Assembly (NCBI GenBank): GCA_009103225.1
Contig: RHPI01002615.1
Location: forward strand, 70,328-134,327
Length of the DNA stretch: 64,000 nt
Reading direction: 5' to 3'
Source of the DNA: Chlorokybus atmophyticus
Taxonomy: Eukaryota > Plantae > Mesostigma and Chlorokybus algae
The notes under the pieces were generated by a model. The model saw only the letters and a list, made by a program, of their open reading frames with translations, had not been told where the DNA came from and made no database searches. Below, in pieces: positions 23,642 through 37,985 of the stretch. Every line of letters starts with the position of its first letter. Position 1 is the stretch's first letter. The position numbers and the translations under genes are program-made.

Positions 23642-26600
23642 CTTTTCCTCCGATTGTGTCATTGTACATGCTGACAATTGTGTGGTGGGCTCAGCCTTGT
23701 CAAGTTGAGCAGTTGTTGTGTCATCAGCGCCAGAACAGTTGAATGCTGCACAGTCGTTATGTGCAGGAGTTGAGCACATTGTTACCTCGAGTTGGTGTGG
23801 GGCAGAGTACCGTTTGGCCAGAACTGAACGTGTTGAAAGTCATTCCTCAATTGACTGCGATGTATCAACCTGTGCGTCATGGTTAAGAAGTAAACTTGAG
23901 AATTGATGGATGCGCATGATAGGCCAAAAGTTGTGCACAAAGCCATAAATCGGGTCCTCCAAGTGACCAATGCCGTGATGACAACATGAAAATTGTCAGC
24001 CTCAAGCATAAAGTCCGGGTCACTGCATGATGTGGTCTTGAAGCGCAGCTCAAAAACCGTGCCATGGGTTCCTGCCAGGAATAAGCCAACAACCACACTA
24101 GTAATGCAGGACAGAGCCAGTAGTTTGTGCAGGGGATCAGCTAGATAATCATGCTGTGTGTATTCATAGCAATCAGCCAACAACAACAACACAAAGTGTG
24201 CCGCCGAATGAGGAGGCAACAAGCTACTGACAAGCCTTAACAATGCACAAGCATGGCGTCACATTGCATGCCAGACCTCTGGTGCAGTGGGGCCACAGTT
24301 GGAACACGTTTAGCATGCCGGCGTGTACTCAGCATTCTCACGACATCCGAGTGGCGTCATGTCTTCCTGCATAATTGTCGGCTATCTACCAGCGTATCAT
24401 AAGCCCCATAAACTGTACTACACTGCCAGTAGCTGCAAAGACTATCATCCGTCACTAGAGCATTGCTTCTGCTGCGACTGAAAGATTGATGTATGGCAAC
24501 GACTCAACGGCAGCGCGTGTCTATCTGCCATTGCCAAGCCACTTCACTATGGAGTTGCGCCAAGGCTTTAGCGGGCCAGAACTCAGGCCATTCAACCAAA
24601 CATTACCGGCACAGCTAAGCTCAGCTGGGCTTGCGGACGCAGAACATGATGAACATCCGGTTCCGCGTGCAAGTAAAATTCTGAAACCCGACCGCATTTG
24701 TGAGCTGCCGCAGTCGCGGCTCAGTCCATACATTGAAGCCAATCACCTGCACACACGCACGTATGCGGTAAGTGAGCGACTTTTCCAGCAAACTGCAGCC
24801 CTCAAGTCACGGGTTTGTCAAGGCTAGTCTTGTAGTCTTGCAATGTGCTGTACCTGCCGCATGTAAGGAATGGCAGAGAGTACAGCTTGCCCAACGAAGT
24901 CACCCCAGAGGATGAACGTGCTAGAGACAAATACTCCGCCAGGCCGCAGCACACGGTATATCTCCGCAAACTGCCATACAAACCTGTAAGGCTACGAGCA
25001 TTGTGCGCAGAACCAATAATATTGCCACTGATGCGCAACATGTTGAGGATATTATATACTATCAATGCGTGCTGCGGGAGCATGCAGATCTAAGAGGCAG
25101 TCATGACTACTGAGCTTACAGCAGTTAGAGGGTCAGGCCACACGTGTGGCGCAGCGCCTGCATGGACTGCACCGATGGACTCTGTTGCAAACGGCAAACG
25201 GCCCACATCCGCGCGCACTCGCAGTATAGCGCTGAAAGCACAGATGTTTTCATGAGTCCACTGCAAATGCACTTTCTGCACACTTTGATATTGACTGTAA
25301 GCATCAAGCAAGAGAGGCGTGACTTACTCCTGATCCAGGCCTGGAGTCTGCCTGTCAAACTGTTGACACTGTTTCAGCATTCCTTCTGAGTAGTCGGATG
25401 CAATGACTAGCTTGTAGTCTCCACTCAGAGCGAATCTGCGGATCCACACGTTGTGTTCTAAGGGGCGACAACAATAATAGACACCAATACGTGCCAACAA
25501 TCAATATGCAATGGTGGTAGGCGGAGCTGCACGATCAAAAGCCACTTACACCAGACAGACACGTGTTACACATCAAGACGCGCAAGCATGCAACACGCTT
25601 GCGTTATGCAATCTAGAAACGTAGTGGAGGACAACTGCGAGTCTATCAAGGGCGCCCTGCATATGATCGGAATAGTACACACCTGCGTGCAAAAAGCCCA
25701 GAAGCACAGCTCACATCAAGCAGGACATCTCCCTTAGCGGCCACCATCCACTCTGAGGCCAGCTGGAACTGAACAACTAACACACGAGCGTGTCACTGTT
25801 TCTTGGTGCACAGTCAGTACTTGACATGCAACTTCTGTCAACTCATCATCTACTGCGTACCTCAGCAGCTTCGCCAGGAAAGCCCATGAGATGGAAGCGT
25901 TGTCGGTAGCCTCTCTCATAAGCATACGACAAGAGAGATGTTCTGTTGTCAAGTGTACACGTCAACAATTTGCTCGTTGCGAGTCAATCGATTGCTGGGA
26001 GACTGACCTGAAAATGGATGACGTGAACGTCGCTGATGAGCTGCCCGTATTGATGCCGTCAACAGTCAAGTCGAAAAACCCATCCACAAAAGGAAAGGTG
26101 CGTGCTGACCGGGGGCACTGTAGTCCTCTGCAAACGCCCATGGAGCATGTGTTGTCAGTATACAGCTATTCAACTCAATTCTCATCTGCGCTGCTTGAGC
26201 TGCAACATGCCATGTGGACTGATGCTGCGCAAGGCTTGGTATTGCAAGGGCGAGCAGCACGAATGCCACTGCTGCATTACAATGCTATACAATAAAACAA
26301 GTACACAGTTTTCTTACTGGGGAGGATGTGAAGGGCGAAAGCTGCAAGCTGACTCGGGGAATGGTTGCAAATCTATTGGACTGGCCAAGGGAATGACAAA
26401 CAACGCACGCGTCTGTGTTGATGTTGATTGGGAAACCTATGCAAGCACACTTTTTGATGCATTGCGAGACAGCCAATGCTGCAATACCGACAGGCAGGTG
26501 TGCAATCTGGCCAATTGAACAAGACGCCGGCTGATGCTGTACAACTGTACTGTGTAACTGAAGCTGTACTGCATAGCATATACTGCATCTCAGAGGTTTG

Positions 26601-27927
26601 CCACTGCCTCTGGAGGGTGGGTCGGCGTTTGTGGGTGAACCAGTCGCGGCTGAGTGAGTCATGCAATGAGCGTGCTTTGCATGTTCAGCTATGCATGTTC
26701 AGAGCCGATTTAACAACACTGCAATAAGCAGCACACTGAATGCAACACAGCTGGCGTCTGTGCTTGTAGCTTGCACGCAATGTACCAAACAACGACAAAG
26801 CACTGAGCGCCAAAGTCAGTGCATGCAGTGCTGCTTACGTCCTGCTGCACGGAGCGGTCAGTGCTGCCGCTGGCAACAGCATGCAGCCTGGAAGCGTTTG
26901 GATCTTTCTTATGCTTTCTCCTACCCATGACGCCAGGTGATGCTACCGCTCTCCCCCTCCCCCTCCCCAACCTCGCCGCCGACGCCACCGCCGTTACGGA
27001 GCCCAACACCACAGCCATGCTCACCGTCACACCTGCGCCAAGCTAGCCCTAAATTTGGCTAAGCAGCTGCTTGATTGCCTTGTCTCTGACTGTATGGTTG
27101 TTTGGCTTGTGGGTGGCGGCAGGGGCGGCGACGGAGGGAGGGCGCAGTAGCAGGCTCGGACAGGCAGGAAACGGTGGAAAGTGAAGCATCAGCTTATCCA
27201 TGCTGCTATGATCTGACGGTGAAGTTGAAGGAGGAGCTGCTGCTGCTGCTGGTTGCGAGGCATGCTGCTGCTTGCTGGGGGCTCGTGAGGCAGGTGTGTG
27301 TGCTGGTGTATCTGCTTGATCGCATGCAGATTGTCAGCATAGTGTAGTTGGGCCGAGGTTGATCTGACTGAGTCACCACGTTGGTGCATTAGCTGAAAAC
27401 AGTAGTGCATAAGAGCCTGCTGCACTACTGCGCTAATTGGTCAATGACTAGTCGAGAGTGTTACGTGCGTGCCAAGCACGCAACATGGTGTTCAGAAACC
27501 CTGTCCTTGGTCCTGTCAACCTACGTGCACAATTTGGCTGTGCTCTGAGATTTCAACTTCATTGCAGTTGGGTTGCAGTTCTATTGTCACGTGCAGGACA
27601 TGGCATAGCTGTATTGCTTCGCAACGCACCATGTATGTTACGTGACAGTGCGTCGTCCATCGGCACGTGTGCCATTCATCAAGACACAGCCCGCTTAGAT
27701 GTTACGTGCATGGCATACCAGAATAAGATGTATGCCAGCATATACATGCAATTGATACACAAGCATAGCGTGTTAATCACAACATGGCATGACAGCCACT
27801 AGTGTATTCAGTTCTTGGTTGCCTATCAATGACAGCCGACAGCACGCTTAGTGTCATGTTGGGCTGACCGACCTTGCCTGAAGGGTTGTCGCTTGACAGA
27901 CTGACGTGCTGAGCAACTATCTTCACA

Positions 27928-30900
27928 ATGGAGACTCTGGTCGCAAAGCTTGTGGAGAGCAAGTTGAGCAGGTGGTTGCGGGCTTTTTCGCGGGATCAGT
28001 TTCGTTTGCAAGGCCGCATTGCAGAGCTGTCCAATTTAGGTGCACCTTACTATAACCATATTATGCTGTGCACTGTGGCCTCGTCATGCGCTTGCGTACT
28101 GAAGTGAGTAGCGTTCTTTCCATTGCAGAACTCCAACAGGAAGTGTTTCACAATGCGTTGGGTTTGCCTCCAATGCTGCATGTTGAGGATGCGACCGTCA
28201 GCAAACTCACCATCAAGGTTGGTTTTGTATCCTCTCTCTGTGTGGCGGTGGAGTAGAAAGATTCTCTCGGCCTTGGCTTACAGCTTGTTTCCAATGCAGT
28301 TGCCAGCGATTGCCAACATCAAGTCTGAACCCTTAGTGGTGTCACTCAACTCGCTCGACATTCATCTTGTTGAGCGCCAGGAGCCTGCACCGCCGCCACC
28401 ACCAGACCGCACGGAGACGTCCACCTCCAGCAAAGGAAACAAGACATCTTCTGACTACAGTCTAGCTGACAAGATCATTGACGGGATCACCATCCTTGTG
28501 GATGCTGTTCATATTACCATCAAAACTCTGGGCAAAGGTGGTCACGCAGACGAACCTCGCTACACACGACGCAGGTAGCCTACACAACCATGAGACTTCG
28601 TGTGAATGTCTTCTGCGCTGTAGCGCCGCGGATGTTGCTGTTTGCACATGGAAATGTTGTATGTAATCATCTGGGGCGATGACTGTGCCTGTTGCAGGCC
28701 TCCGCCGGTAGCATCCATCACTCTTCGGGGTCTAGTCTTACGCACCACAAATGAGTTGTGGCAAGTTGTCAACTTGCGAGATGCGCGCAAATTCAGCCGT
28801 AAAAAGCCATCAAACTATGTCTTTAAGGTGTGTCAATTCCTACCTGCATGGGCTGGTGCTGTTGGTTGTATCTTGAACACCTGTTGACGTTTCGGCACGC
28901 TGGCAGACGCTGGAGTGGACCTCCTTGGTGGTAGATCTTTTGCCAAATTCTGAGGCACTTGCAATGGAGCAGCAAGGTTTGCAGCGAACAAAATCTGCAT
29001 CAAAGCGACACTTTTTTGGAGGGGAACGGATTGTTGACGAAGTTGCGGGCACAGCCAAGATCACGCTGCATTCCACATGGAGTAGCGACTTTATTGCAGT
29101 TGAAGTTGACTTGGATATCTCAGGTATGTGACTTGTAGTCTATTCATGTGTATGCCGCATCCAGCAACCCATTGCAAAGCAGACACCAACAGCGAGTTCC
29201 AATCAGATTTGCAGTGCCCTGCGATGAGCGAGCCGGGATTGCGTTCTTTGTTGGTGTTTGCTACAGCCGTGTACACATGCATCAACCGCAGTCCACCTCC
29301 TGTTGCTAAGGAGGCAACACCATCTGCGCGCTCCCTTGTTTGTATCAGTGTCGACCATGTAAGTTGTACTGTTGTCTGGTACAGCTGGAGTGCCTCGCAG
29401 CCTGACTTACGCTGTCCCGGTGCAGATTCTTATGCGAGTCAAAGACTTGCATCTGCAACTTGAGGTATTGATGCGAGGTCTCAAGTATAGTCGCGTAGCG
29501 CCAGGTGGTGTTTCGTCAGAAAACATGGCTCAAGTTGAACTGGATATGATTTTCATCAGAGACCTTAACACACGGCCACCAACCACCTTGTTGCAGGTAG
29601 TGACAACATGATGCCATTGTATCTGTTGTGAGCTCCTTGCCGCCAGCCAGCTGATGCTTGAGCAAGTGTCTAAACCTGACGCATCATCGTGTGCTCAGCC
29701 CATCATGGACAGTAAAGACAAGCGTGTGGCTTCCAGCCTGGAGCCGGCGCCCGATTTTGCCGGAGATGAGCTGTTTGTGCGTGTTTATCCCATCCAAGGC
29801 AAGCCAGGGTTTGCTGCCTTGGCTCCAAGTGCCGCCTCCCTTCCCAAAAGTATTCCTATGCTACGTGTCTATTCCAAAGGCGTGTACCCTCCACCAACTC
29901 CACCACAACTTGCATCCCAACTGCAGGTTTGTCACGCTACGCTTGCCATGGTTTCCACTACAGACAATCAGCTGTTGGCTCGAGTGCTGTACACTGACAC
30001 TTCTTGCAATGCCAGGTGCGTGTACGCCCGTGCAAGCTGGATCTGAATGAGCAGTCCAGCATGCTGATCGCCTCCATACTATCTGAGATCAGCGTCAACG
30101 TGCCTTTCCAAGATGAAAACATTGCAGCAGCCCCGCTTGTGACAAATGAGCTGTCCGTTGTGGATGTACGGGTTGATGAGGTGGCTCTTGCTCTTGTGCT
30201 GCCGGTGTCATCCACGGCAGCGACAGAGGCCAAGGAGGAGCAACCAGAGCAGTCTCTGGAACAAAATACCATCGAGGCTCGCATTCTAGTAAAGCACGCT
30301 GTCATGTTGATTGACCCCACAATGAAGGTATGCAGCACTTGACAACATGCGTTAGCTGTTGCACGCCGCTGCTAGCAGTAACAGCGGTTGCAGGTTGAAC
30401 TCATGGAGACCGGGATTAACCGCTTCGGTGGGGTGCCCGGTACTGCTTTGTGGCGTGTGGGACTGTTCATGGAGCAGCTGCTGTGCGATCTGCATGACTA
30501 CTCAGCAAGTGACGCATTGTGGCGCTGCATTGACTTGTGGCAAATCAGCCTAGAGTTGGCGCTGTTGCCCGCTGGCAGCGCGGTGTGGCATCCATGCCCA
30601 GACTTGGCCGTTCTACCGCTCCATCCTGGCGCGATGGCGCTGGCGGCACCTGATGTGGCTGGTGCCGACCTGACTGGTGTTGGGCCTTTGGCAGTGGGGT
30701 TGTCTGTGAGGCGAGCTGCGCTGCGCTTATCCAAACACCACATTGACTCTCTGCTCGTCATCAGCTCTCGGTTACAACATGTGGTGGCTGAGTTTATTGC
30801 CGAGGCTGCTGGTCACAACGCGAGTGACGCGCGCAAAGATGAATCAGAAAGCAATCTGACTGCGATGGTCTTAAGTGATGGCGTGGTTCGCATTGCCGTG

Positions 30901-32621
30901 GATGAGATCACCACAGAGTTTCATGAGGACCCGACATCACCGCATCCAGGTGCTATCCTCGGCCGCATCAAAGGAGACGGCTTCATGTTTGCGGTTTCTC
31001 GACGGCACAGCTTGGAAAGCTCTTCAGTAGTGCGGTTCCAGAGTTGTGCAATTGAGTGCGTAGCACCCAAAACAGCCGATGGCACCGGATTGGGTGTGTT
31101 TGCTGCCACAGATGGTGTTGAGTCATTGCGCGCTGTGCTGTGGGTTGATGACTCAGCTGCCTCCTCAACACCCACAAAACCAAAGGCTGGCAAGGGATCT
31201 TCCAAATCGTCGTGCATAGACATAATGGTAGTTCACAGCGGTGATTTGCCAAAAGCTGTCAACAGTTTGCTGGCCGGTGGAGATGCCGTAGAGCACGCGG
31301 GGTTGGTGAAGATCAGGTTGAGAATGGCAGGTGTACGGTTGGGCGGAGGCGTGCTGTACTCAGAAGCACTTCTACACCGACTTGGGTTCATCACTATTGT
31401 GGCAAGCAGTGCAAAGCAACGAAAGCTCGCAGCAGCACGCAAGCGAGCCATTGCTGTCGCCGCTGTACAGAATGCTTCTCCTGTTGACTGGGAACTATGG
31501 TAAGTAGTGCATTCTCGCAGGTAATGTACACTTGGCTGCAAACCTCAGTATGCGCATGATTGTGTGGACTAGTATGTTGCTTGTTAACCAACATATGCAT
31601 ATGAGTTAACTAGTGTGTGGCTAGTACAGACCCTGGGTTGGGAGGTTGACACTGCCTCTTGTGGTTATGCTCAGGAAGCCAGACATTGATGTAGCTGCGT
31701 CCTTAGAGGATTGGCTGGTTGTCCTCGAAGGCATTGTACCTGATCGGGCCATCTCAACAACTGTGGAGACGACGCAGTGTTTGCCCCTGTTCTTCAAGGG
31801 GCTGCATGTTGCCACTGTTGCGCCGCCAGAGGGCTTGCAAAGCCCAAGGAGTCAGAAGCGACGGCTGCAGTGGCTGCAGTTGAAGGGACATGGTTTGCAG
31901 GTGCATGCTACATGTCATAGTGCTAGTAGCACAGCATTCACACATTGGCTGCAATACTCATGCTGTCTGCAGTACGGCTATGCAACAACAAAGTTGTCAC
32001 AGAGATTAACTCAGCGCTGTGCAGGTGTTGCCGCCGTGCTCTAGGGACACCCTTCAGCAACACATCTCAAAAAGCAAGGGAAGCGGTGATGGCTCCTTTA
32101 CCGGGAGCATACAAGGCTCTGCGGGTCTTGATGTCGACATACGCGCAACTCATTGTTGGACGGATGATGCGTTGCCCACGTCATCTGTCGATTTGGGTGC
32201 TGGTGCAGGGGTAGTCACCGTAGAGAGCATGGCCGTGTCCACTTCCGGGCCAGCGGCTTTTTCAGTCTCACGCCTCGAGTTGCGCGCGTTTGAGGATCTG
32301 ATTGCATCAGAGTGGAAGGCTGTTGAACGGCTTGCGTCAAGCGATGTGCGCTGGTGGCAGCCTGGCGAGCGCTTTGCTGCTCAGCAAGCCGGTGTGAGTA
32401 AATCCGAGGAATTGTTGGACCTCAACGACGAAGAGGGCCATGACGGGCAGCCACACGTACCAGAGAAGGACGCAGCGGTGACCGCTATCGCATCCTCACG
32501 CACAGCCTGCCAGTCGCTGCTACAGAGCCTCCAGCAAAGTGAACATCATAGTACTGTGCAGGCTTTGACGGAGCTGTTGAGAAACTTGGACATGACGGAT
32601 GCAGCGCTTGCTGCTTTGTGA
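27928..32621 (+). CDS. Bridge-like lipid transfer protein, BLTP3/UHRF1BP1 (chorein-N) family, plant At3g20720-like (multi-exon)
   Basis: METLVAKLVESKLSRWLRAFSRDQFRLQGRIAELSNL, LGLPPMLHV, EPLVVSL, YSLADKIIDGITI, ASITLRGLVLRTTNELWQVVNLRDARKFS. C-terminal helical tail ends ...AALAAL*. Confidence 0.85.
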
Positions 32622-32667
32622 TGCAACTCGAATTTTCAACGTCGTGCGCGCCGGTAGGGAGGGGGTG

Positions 32668-33120
32668 ATACTGCTCGCAGTCGTCACATTACGAGACGAG
32701 CGTGAAGGTCTGTGAAACCCAACAGGACTCCTCACTAACTTACGTTCCAGTGGGTGCATTGTGTGTGGTTACTGTACGTGATGCACATATGCACCGCAGG
32801 CGGAGCCGCTGATGAAGGTGGAGGAAGTGTTGGAGAACGCGAGGAAGGCGAAAGAGGCGGGATCCACGCGCTTCTGCATGGGCGCTGCGTGGCGAGAGGT
32901 TTCGCAGGTGAACGAGGACATCATGTCAAGTGTTTTCCACTCACATGCACATGCGCACACGCATGTACACACATGCACGCGTGCGCATGTAGCATGCACA
33001 TATGCATACACACAGATGTGTATGCATGCACGCAACACGCAGTCAATGTGGTGGGTATGCAGGTTTCAGACGCGCAGTTTGATCGCGTCCTGGCGATGGT
33101 TTCTGGCGTGCGGGATGTGG
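32668..33120 (+). repeat. Apparently identical 453-bp copy of BIO2 internal exons and introns (22004-22456), ending at an assembly N
   Basis: Sequence and translations match 22004-22456 with offset 10664. The copy stops exactly at N33121. Confidence 0.9.
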
Positions 33121-33883
33121 NCATACAAATCTAGCCTACCATCTCTTATATGTTGCTTAAATGACTTTATATAGTCGATTGCCTTGAACATGCATAGGGT
33201 GACGAGAGGTACTCGAAGTGCAAACAGACAGGATAAAGAGCAGCTATGGCATTCAACACAAGCATATTTACAATCAACGCTTAGTATAAGGGGTTTGGTT
33301 CATATGTGCGTATGGTAGAGTAATGGGGCTATTATGAGCATAGTAACAAGTCATAAGCAACGAATTTTTTTTGTAACGGCAAAAAGCAAGGCGAAACAAC
33401 AACAATTGCAACACAAGACATGCACTGAGAGCATGATCATCGACATGCAGACATGGCGAATAGACAAAGCCAACTTTAATTAGCAGTAGGGTTGCATGCG
33501 CTCCGCACACATAAAGTGGACGTGTGGCAGGTATTACAGCAACCGCTGCTGGTTTGGGGGCATGCATGCTGAGGGTAGTGAGAGTGATTATGCACATAGC
33601 CTGGCAATAGCTAATGTGATGTAGCGTTGTGTGTGCAAGCATGCATGTATGAGAATTACAGCAACAAAGTGCACAACCCTCTATCATCATGGCAAAACAA
33701 AGAGTGCGCATGCCAACATGCCTTTATGTCAGCATGTATGCTATAGCACCCCGTACACATGCATGCCGTGTTAGCCATCAACACGTTCATTGACCACCAA
33801 GATGTAAATTATAATCCATAAATATTAATTGCGTACACTTTACTTAAGGACTATCAAGCACCCATGCAAAGTACTCAGCACAT

Positions 33884-34655
33884 TCATACGCTTGGTAAGG
33901 TTGATAACATAGTAACCCACATGATGTAGCTGAGCTTAACCAACACTTGAACAACATTTAAACAATACCACATGGATTGCGTTAAGGCACGAATGTACCA
34001 CTGCAAACTCCTCCAATGTACCTTTGCAAACTCCTCCATGTAAAGATTTACCCAGTATTGTACTTTCATGTTGTGCATGAAAGGTGCGGTGTATGCATAT
34101 AAGTAGTTATGGCAAGCTTCACGAGCTTCACAAATTGCACTCATACTGTACCACAAGACCGTTGCGACTTTTTCATGGTACTCACTTGAAGCTTGTGTTT
34201 GCCAATAACAGGAATGCAAGTGCGCAGACGGACTAAATACCACCTGTGCATGTCGCATTCGTGTTCTTATGAGCTGCAGATTTGAGCCTTCGCAATGACT
34301 GAAGCCTCCAGTCTGGCCAGTGCCTGAGTTTCATGACCACATCATCAATCGTCTGCGACGTTTCGCCAGCAGCAAATGTAATCCCCGGCAGGACCATCAT
34401 TGAGACACGGCTGACCAACGCAGAGAGCTGGCCGGCCAGCCGCGGACTAAACGCCGTATCCACAGCGTAACTGAGACACTTCTCTGACGCGACCTGCAGC
34501 CGCCCGCGGCCATCCGCAGGCGGGCAAATCTCGGGCAGCGTGTCTCGAACCTTCGGGCAGCGCGTGCGGGAAGGAACGGAAGGGGCTGGCCCTGGACTAA
34601 CGTAACTGCTTTGGTAGCAATTTGGCGAACTAACTTTGCAGAGCCGTAGACACAT
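33884..34655 (-). CDS. Hypothetical gene, 3' exons; no family recognised
   Basis: Two long stop-free frames (34233-34655, 33884-34258) with a protein-like helical composition, divergent from UBC. Confidence 0.3.
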
Positions 34656-34900
34656 ATTACGTTAGTCAACCTTCACATGTACAGCTGGACCAAACCCTCA
34701 CCGAGCAGTACACGCAGGCGGCGGCGGCGGGGGCGGTGGTCGTGGCGGACGTTGTCGAGCGGGTCGTTGTCCGAGCGGTGTAATAGGTTTAACCGAGGTC
34801 GCCGGCGATCTGCGCGCTTTGCCACCCCGGTGGTGGACTCTGGTGTGCAAGGTTTTGGGGCTGTGCTTAGCCTGAGAGGTTGCTCAGAGCGGCGGATTGA

Positions 34901-36033
<1,133 letters not shown>

Positions 36034-37238
36034 GCGGTCAGGGGCAAGGCGCTGGACCGCCATCATTACCACGCTGAATGCCCAATTTTACACATTGCTG
36101 GAGCATGGCATATTGTGTTTTGCCACTCCTGTGATGTGCTGTACACGTGAAGCTATGGAGAGGCTGGCCGATTGTAGGGCGCATTAGACCAGTTTCTTCA
36201 CCATGGTGCTAGTGTAGTGGCAGACCTGGAGTGAACGGTGTGCCTGGTTGAACTGCACCATGGCATGACGCCTTCAATTCATGGGAATGCAAGTCTGTTG
36301 TCTGGTGTTGGCGTTTGCACTGTAGATGTGGTAACATTAGACATATCTGTTGCCATTATTGTTCTCAGTGCAGACTGGTGAGAGGTAGAGCATGTAGAGC
36401 ACAGTAGCATGACTCACTGCACCCAATTCATGCCATGCACATAAGCGATTATATGGCAGGTATTTCGCGGTGACTCATGCATGCATGATTAGCAAGGTTA
36501 GGATAGTAGTTGTAGGGTTGGTACTAGCAAGAAACAGGTGGTGCATGCGGCATTGTCCACTTCGTGTGTGATGTGAGTGCGCTCAGTATATGAGGTGTAG
36601 TGTACATTCATAACTAATTGCCAGCAAACCCAAACAAATCCAAACACTCCGCTCACTACTTACACCAGGGGGTATGGCCGTTACCCTATGGCTATGCTAG
36701 CTAGCTATGTAAATGCATACACTGTGTTCATGGGATGCTGGTGCAGGAGAGGCAGTGCAGAGGTTAACCAGGGGCACCACCTGCAGGCACGTAGGGTGAG
36801 TGTCAGGCCAGCGAGTCTTGCGCAGTGGAAGCTGGTGCAATAAGCAGCGAGCTGTGGCGTGCAATGTATAACTTTTCGGATGCAGGGATTGTAGTGCAAT
36901 GCAAATATTTCCTGGCCCCCTCACGCCCCCCGCTCTGCCCCCGCCACCACCAGCACTTGAACTCTCTTACTGCCACAACAACAATGGCCAGCTGTGCGGC
37001 ACTGAGCAGCGCAGTAGGGTCAGGGTTAGAGGTAAGTGTTACTTACTGTCCAGTCATAGCAGGTTGTATGTAGTCCATGCTGGCGATTAATGTTGTACCA
37101 ACCATGCATGTGATGTTGCGCCAACCATGCATGGTTTTTGCATATGTGCTGCGTACCTAGCGAAAGACACACTTGCATCTGAATGTGTTCAAGCGGCTGA
37201 TGCCCTACACACATGGGTTAGAGGCACCACGGTGACAC

Positions 37239-37985
37239 GTGAGGGGCAAAGTGTTGACAGCACACGACTTGTATGACATGCTGCAGTTTGTCGTGCATAA
37301 CTTGTTTGTTCAGACAGCCCAGGACCAACTGCACCGACAGGTTATTGATATACCCATGGGCAACCGTGCTGGGGTATACATTGCCAACTACGATCAACTA
37401 ACCTATGAGCTGGACTTCATTCTGAGGTTGGTGGCAAGCGGACAGAAACCCCTCGCGCTGCGCTTTGCAAAGCATGTCCTGAGGTATGTGGACGACTTGC
37501 TGGTGGTGGACCTCCCGGAGTTCACAACTTGCCAATCTGGACCCAGCAGCACCGGGGGGAGGCTTGTACCCACGCAGCATGCTCACACTGTCGCGGACAG
37601 CTTAGGGGGAGTGACCTTACCTTTTCTTGACTTGATAATCTTTCGAACACCAAGCTTGGGGTTGTGCACACGTGTCTACAATAGATTAGACACTGCTCCG
37701 TTCAGATATTTGCCGAGGCACAAGGCCCCACACCCGGACAGCCTCATCTCTCAGTCTGCCAAGCTGGGGGTGATCGTGTCGCAGTTCGTAAGGTCCATAT
37801 GCATTTGCACCTTAAAAGATCATTTCATGTGGGAAATGTTGCAGCTCTTACGTGACATGGTGGCTGAGGGATACCACATGCGAATGTTGTTGGAACAGGA
37901 TGCAGGGCAGGGTGAATGGCACAACATATCAACAGCTATACGTGCAGCTTGCAACGAGGTGTCGGACATCGTCCTAGGTGAGTGA
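37239..37985 (+). mobile_element. 5'-truncated Penelope-like element reverse transcriptase and thumb fragment
   Basis: IPMGNRAGVYIAN..YE, LRYVDDLLVV, LPFLDL, TRVYN, HPDSLISQSAKLGVIVSQFVRSICIC...F..E...L.RDMV.EGY (PLE thumb pattern). No endonuclease seen. Confidence 0.75.
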
